Made by a program: the position numbers and the translations under genes | Shown: positions 63,340-64,000 of the stretch, in pieces | How the letters are laid out: every line of letters starts with the position of its first letter | Position numbering within the stretch: position 1 is the first letter of the stretch | NCBI GenBank assembly: GCA_026770705.1 | Contig: JANJGN010000026.1 | Coordinates: 34,472,001-34,536,000, forward strand | From: Isurus oxyrinchus | Lineage: Eukaryota | DNA length: 64,000 bases | Reading direction: 5' to 3' | The notes under the pieces: model-generated | The model's input: only the letters and a program-made list of their open reading frames with translations | Told to the model about the DNA's origin: nothing | The model's database searches: none

Positions 63340-64000
63340 CGTCTGACAATGTTGTCCGTGGCCGCCCCGCCAACAGCTTCCTTTTGCTGTTTTCGTTCTG
63401 ACCCACCTTGTCTGCCTTGTTTTGCTGAAGAGTTGTTGCTGCTTCTCCCTATTTGGCATTAGTTAGATCAGATGTCCAGTGGGGAGGTGATTTCTATTTC
63501 TACCCTGACAGAGCATTGCCACGGACAAGCACGGTTACAGACTCAGGGAACTTCATGTTGAATGTATCTAAGATCACTCCTCGTTATTATATCACTTCCC
63601 AATACGTATATGTTTCCCAGTAAAAATTCATTCGCCCCCTCGCTGCCGTATCCCAAACATTACTAATAACAAAATGCAATTAATGATGATATGACGATAA
63701 CTCCTTCAAAGAGTTTCGGGCACCATAGGCCGAGTGGCCTCTTTCGGTGCTCTAAGATTCTGTGGTTCTCGTCTCTTCATGCCACGCCCACTCTACTTGT
63801 TCTCAGTCACTTGAACAGTGAGCAGGTGCAAGGTGCTCACAGACTTCCGCAGATTCAACCGTCATTATTTCCGCTCCACCAGTTCCAGGTGCAGCTGACA
63901 GTCACCGCACCCTTCAGTCAGTATTGAGTCTGCGGTATCCCCGCTCACAGCTTCCTTTGCTGCTCTCGCTCTGACCCGATTGGGTTATTGGAGAGGATGC
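63340..64000 (+). promoter_or_regulatory. Orphan B' promoter/leader fused to the start of another family B promoter (its V lies beyond the window)
   Basis: 63340-63700 matches 32320-32660 reversed; 63720-64000 matches 61830-62105 and 8030-8295. Confidence 0.65.

Overview
Vertebrate antigen-receptor locus, most likely the V region of the T-cell receptor alpha/delta (TCRA/D) locus of a cartilaginous fish. The shark/ray assignment is inferred from the V sequences and the CR1, DeuSINE-type and Penelope repeats. About 35 V segments or relics lie in mixed orientation (about 19 on +, 16 on -). Each has a leader exon, intron, V exon and 3' RSS where preserved. Five look intact (2534+, 14242-, 24782+, 36368-, 50581+). 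About four are open but lack core Cys/Trp residues, and the rest are pseudogenes. No D, J, C or 12-RSS was seen. Much of the window is three copies of a multi-family V cassette (about 1.8-10.4 kb, 31.6-39.7 kb inverted, 55.8-63.7 kb). It also holds CR1 LINEs, SINEs, two Penelope-like elements with inverted ends and minimal hammerhead motifs, one tRNA-Leu(AAG) and a 156-N gap. The most notable features are: (1) a shared 3' module of an RSS, mostly with a 24-bp spacer, followed ~13-22 bp later by a fixed-orientation CTCF motif, found on two otherwise divergent V families; (2) CRE (TGACGTCA) motifs phased every 22 bp with unique spacers, in three paralogous promoters; (3) a pre-tRNA-Leu/CR1 chimera with a target-site duplication, resembling a nascent SINE. 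Family letters A-N are my own working labels.
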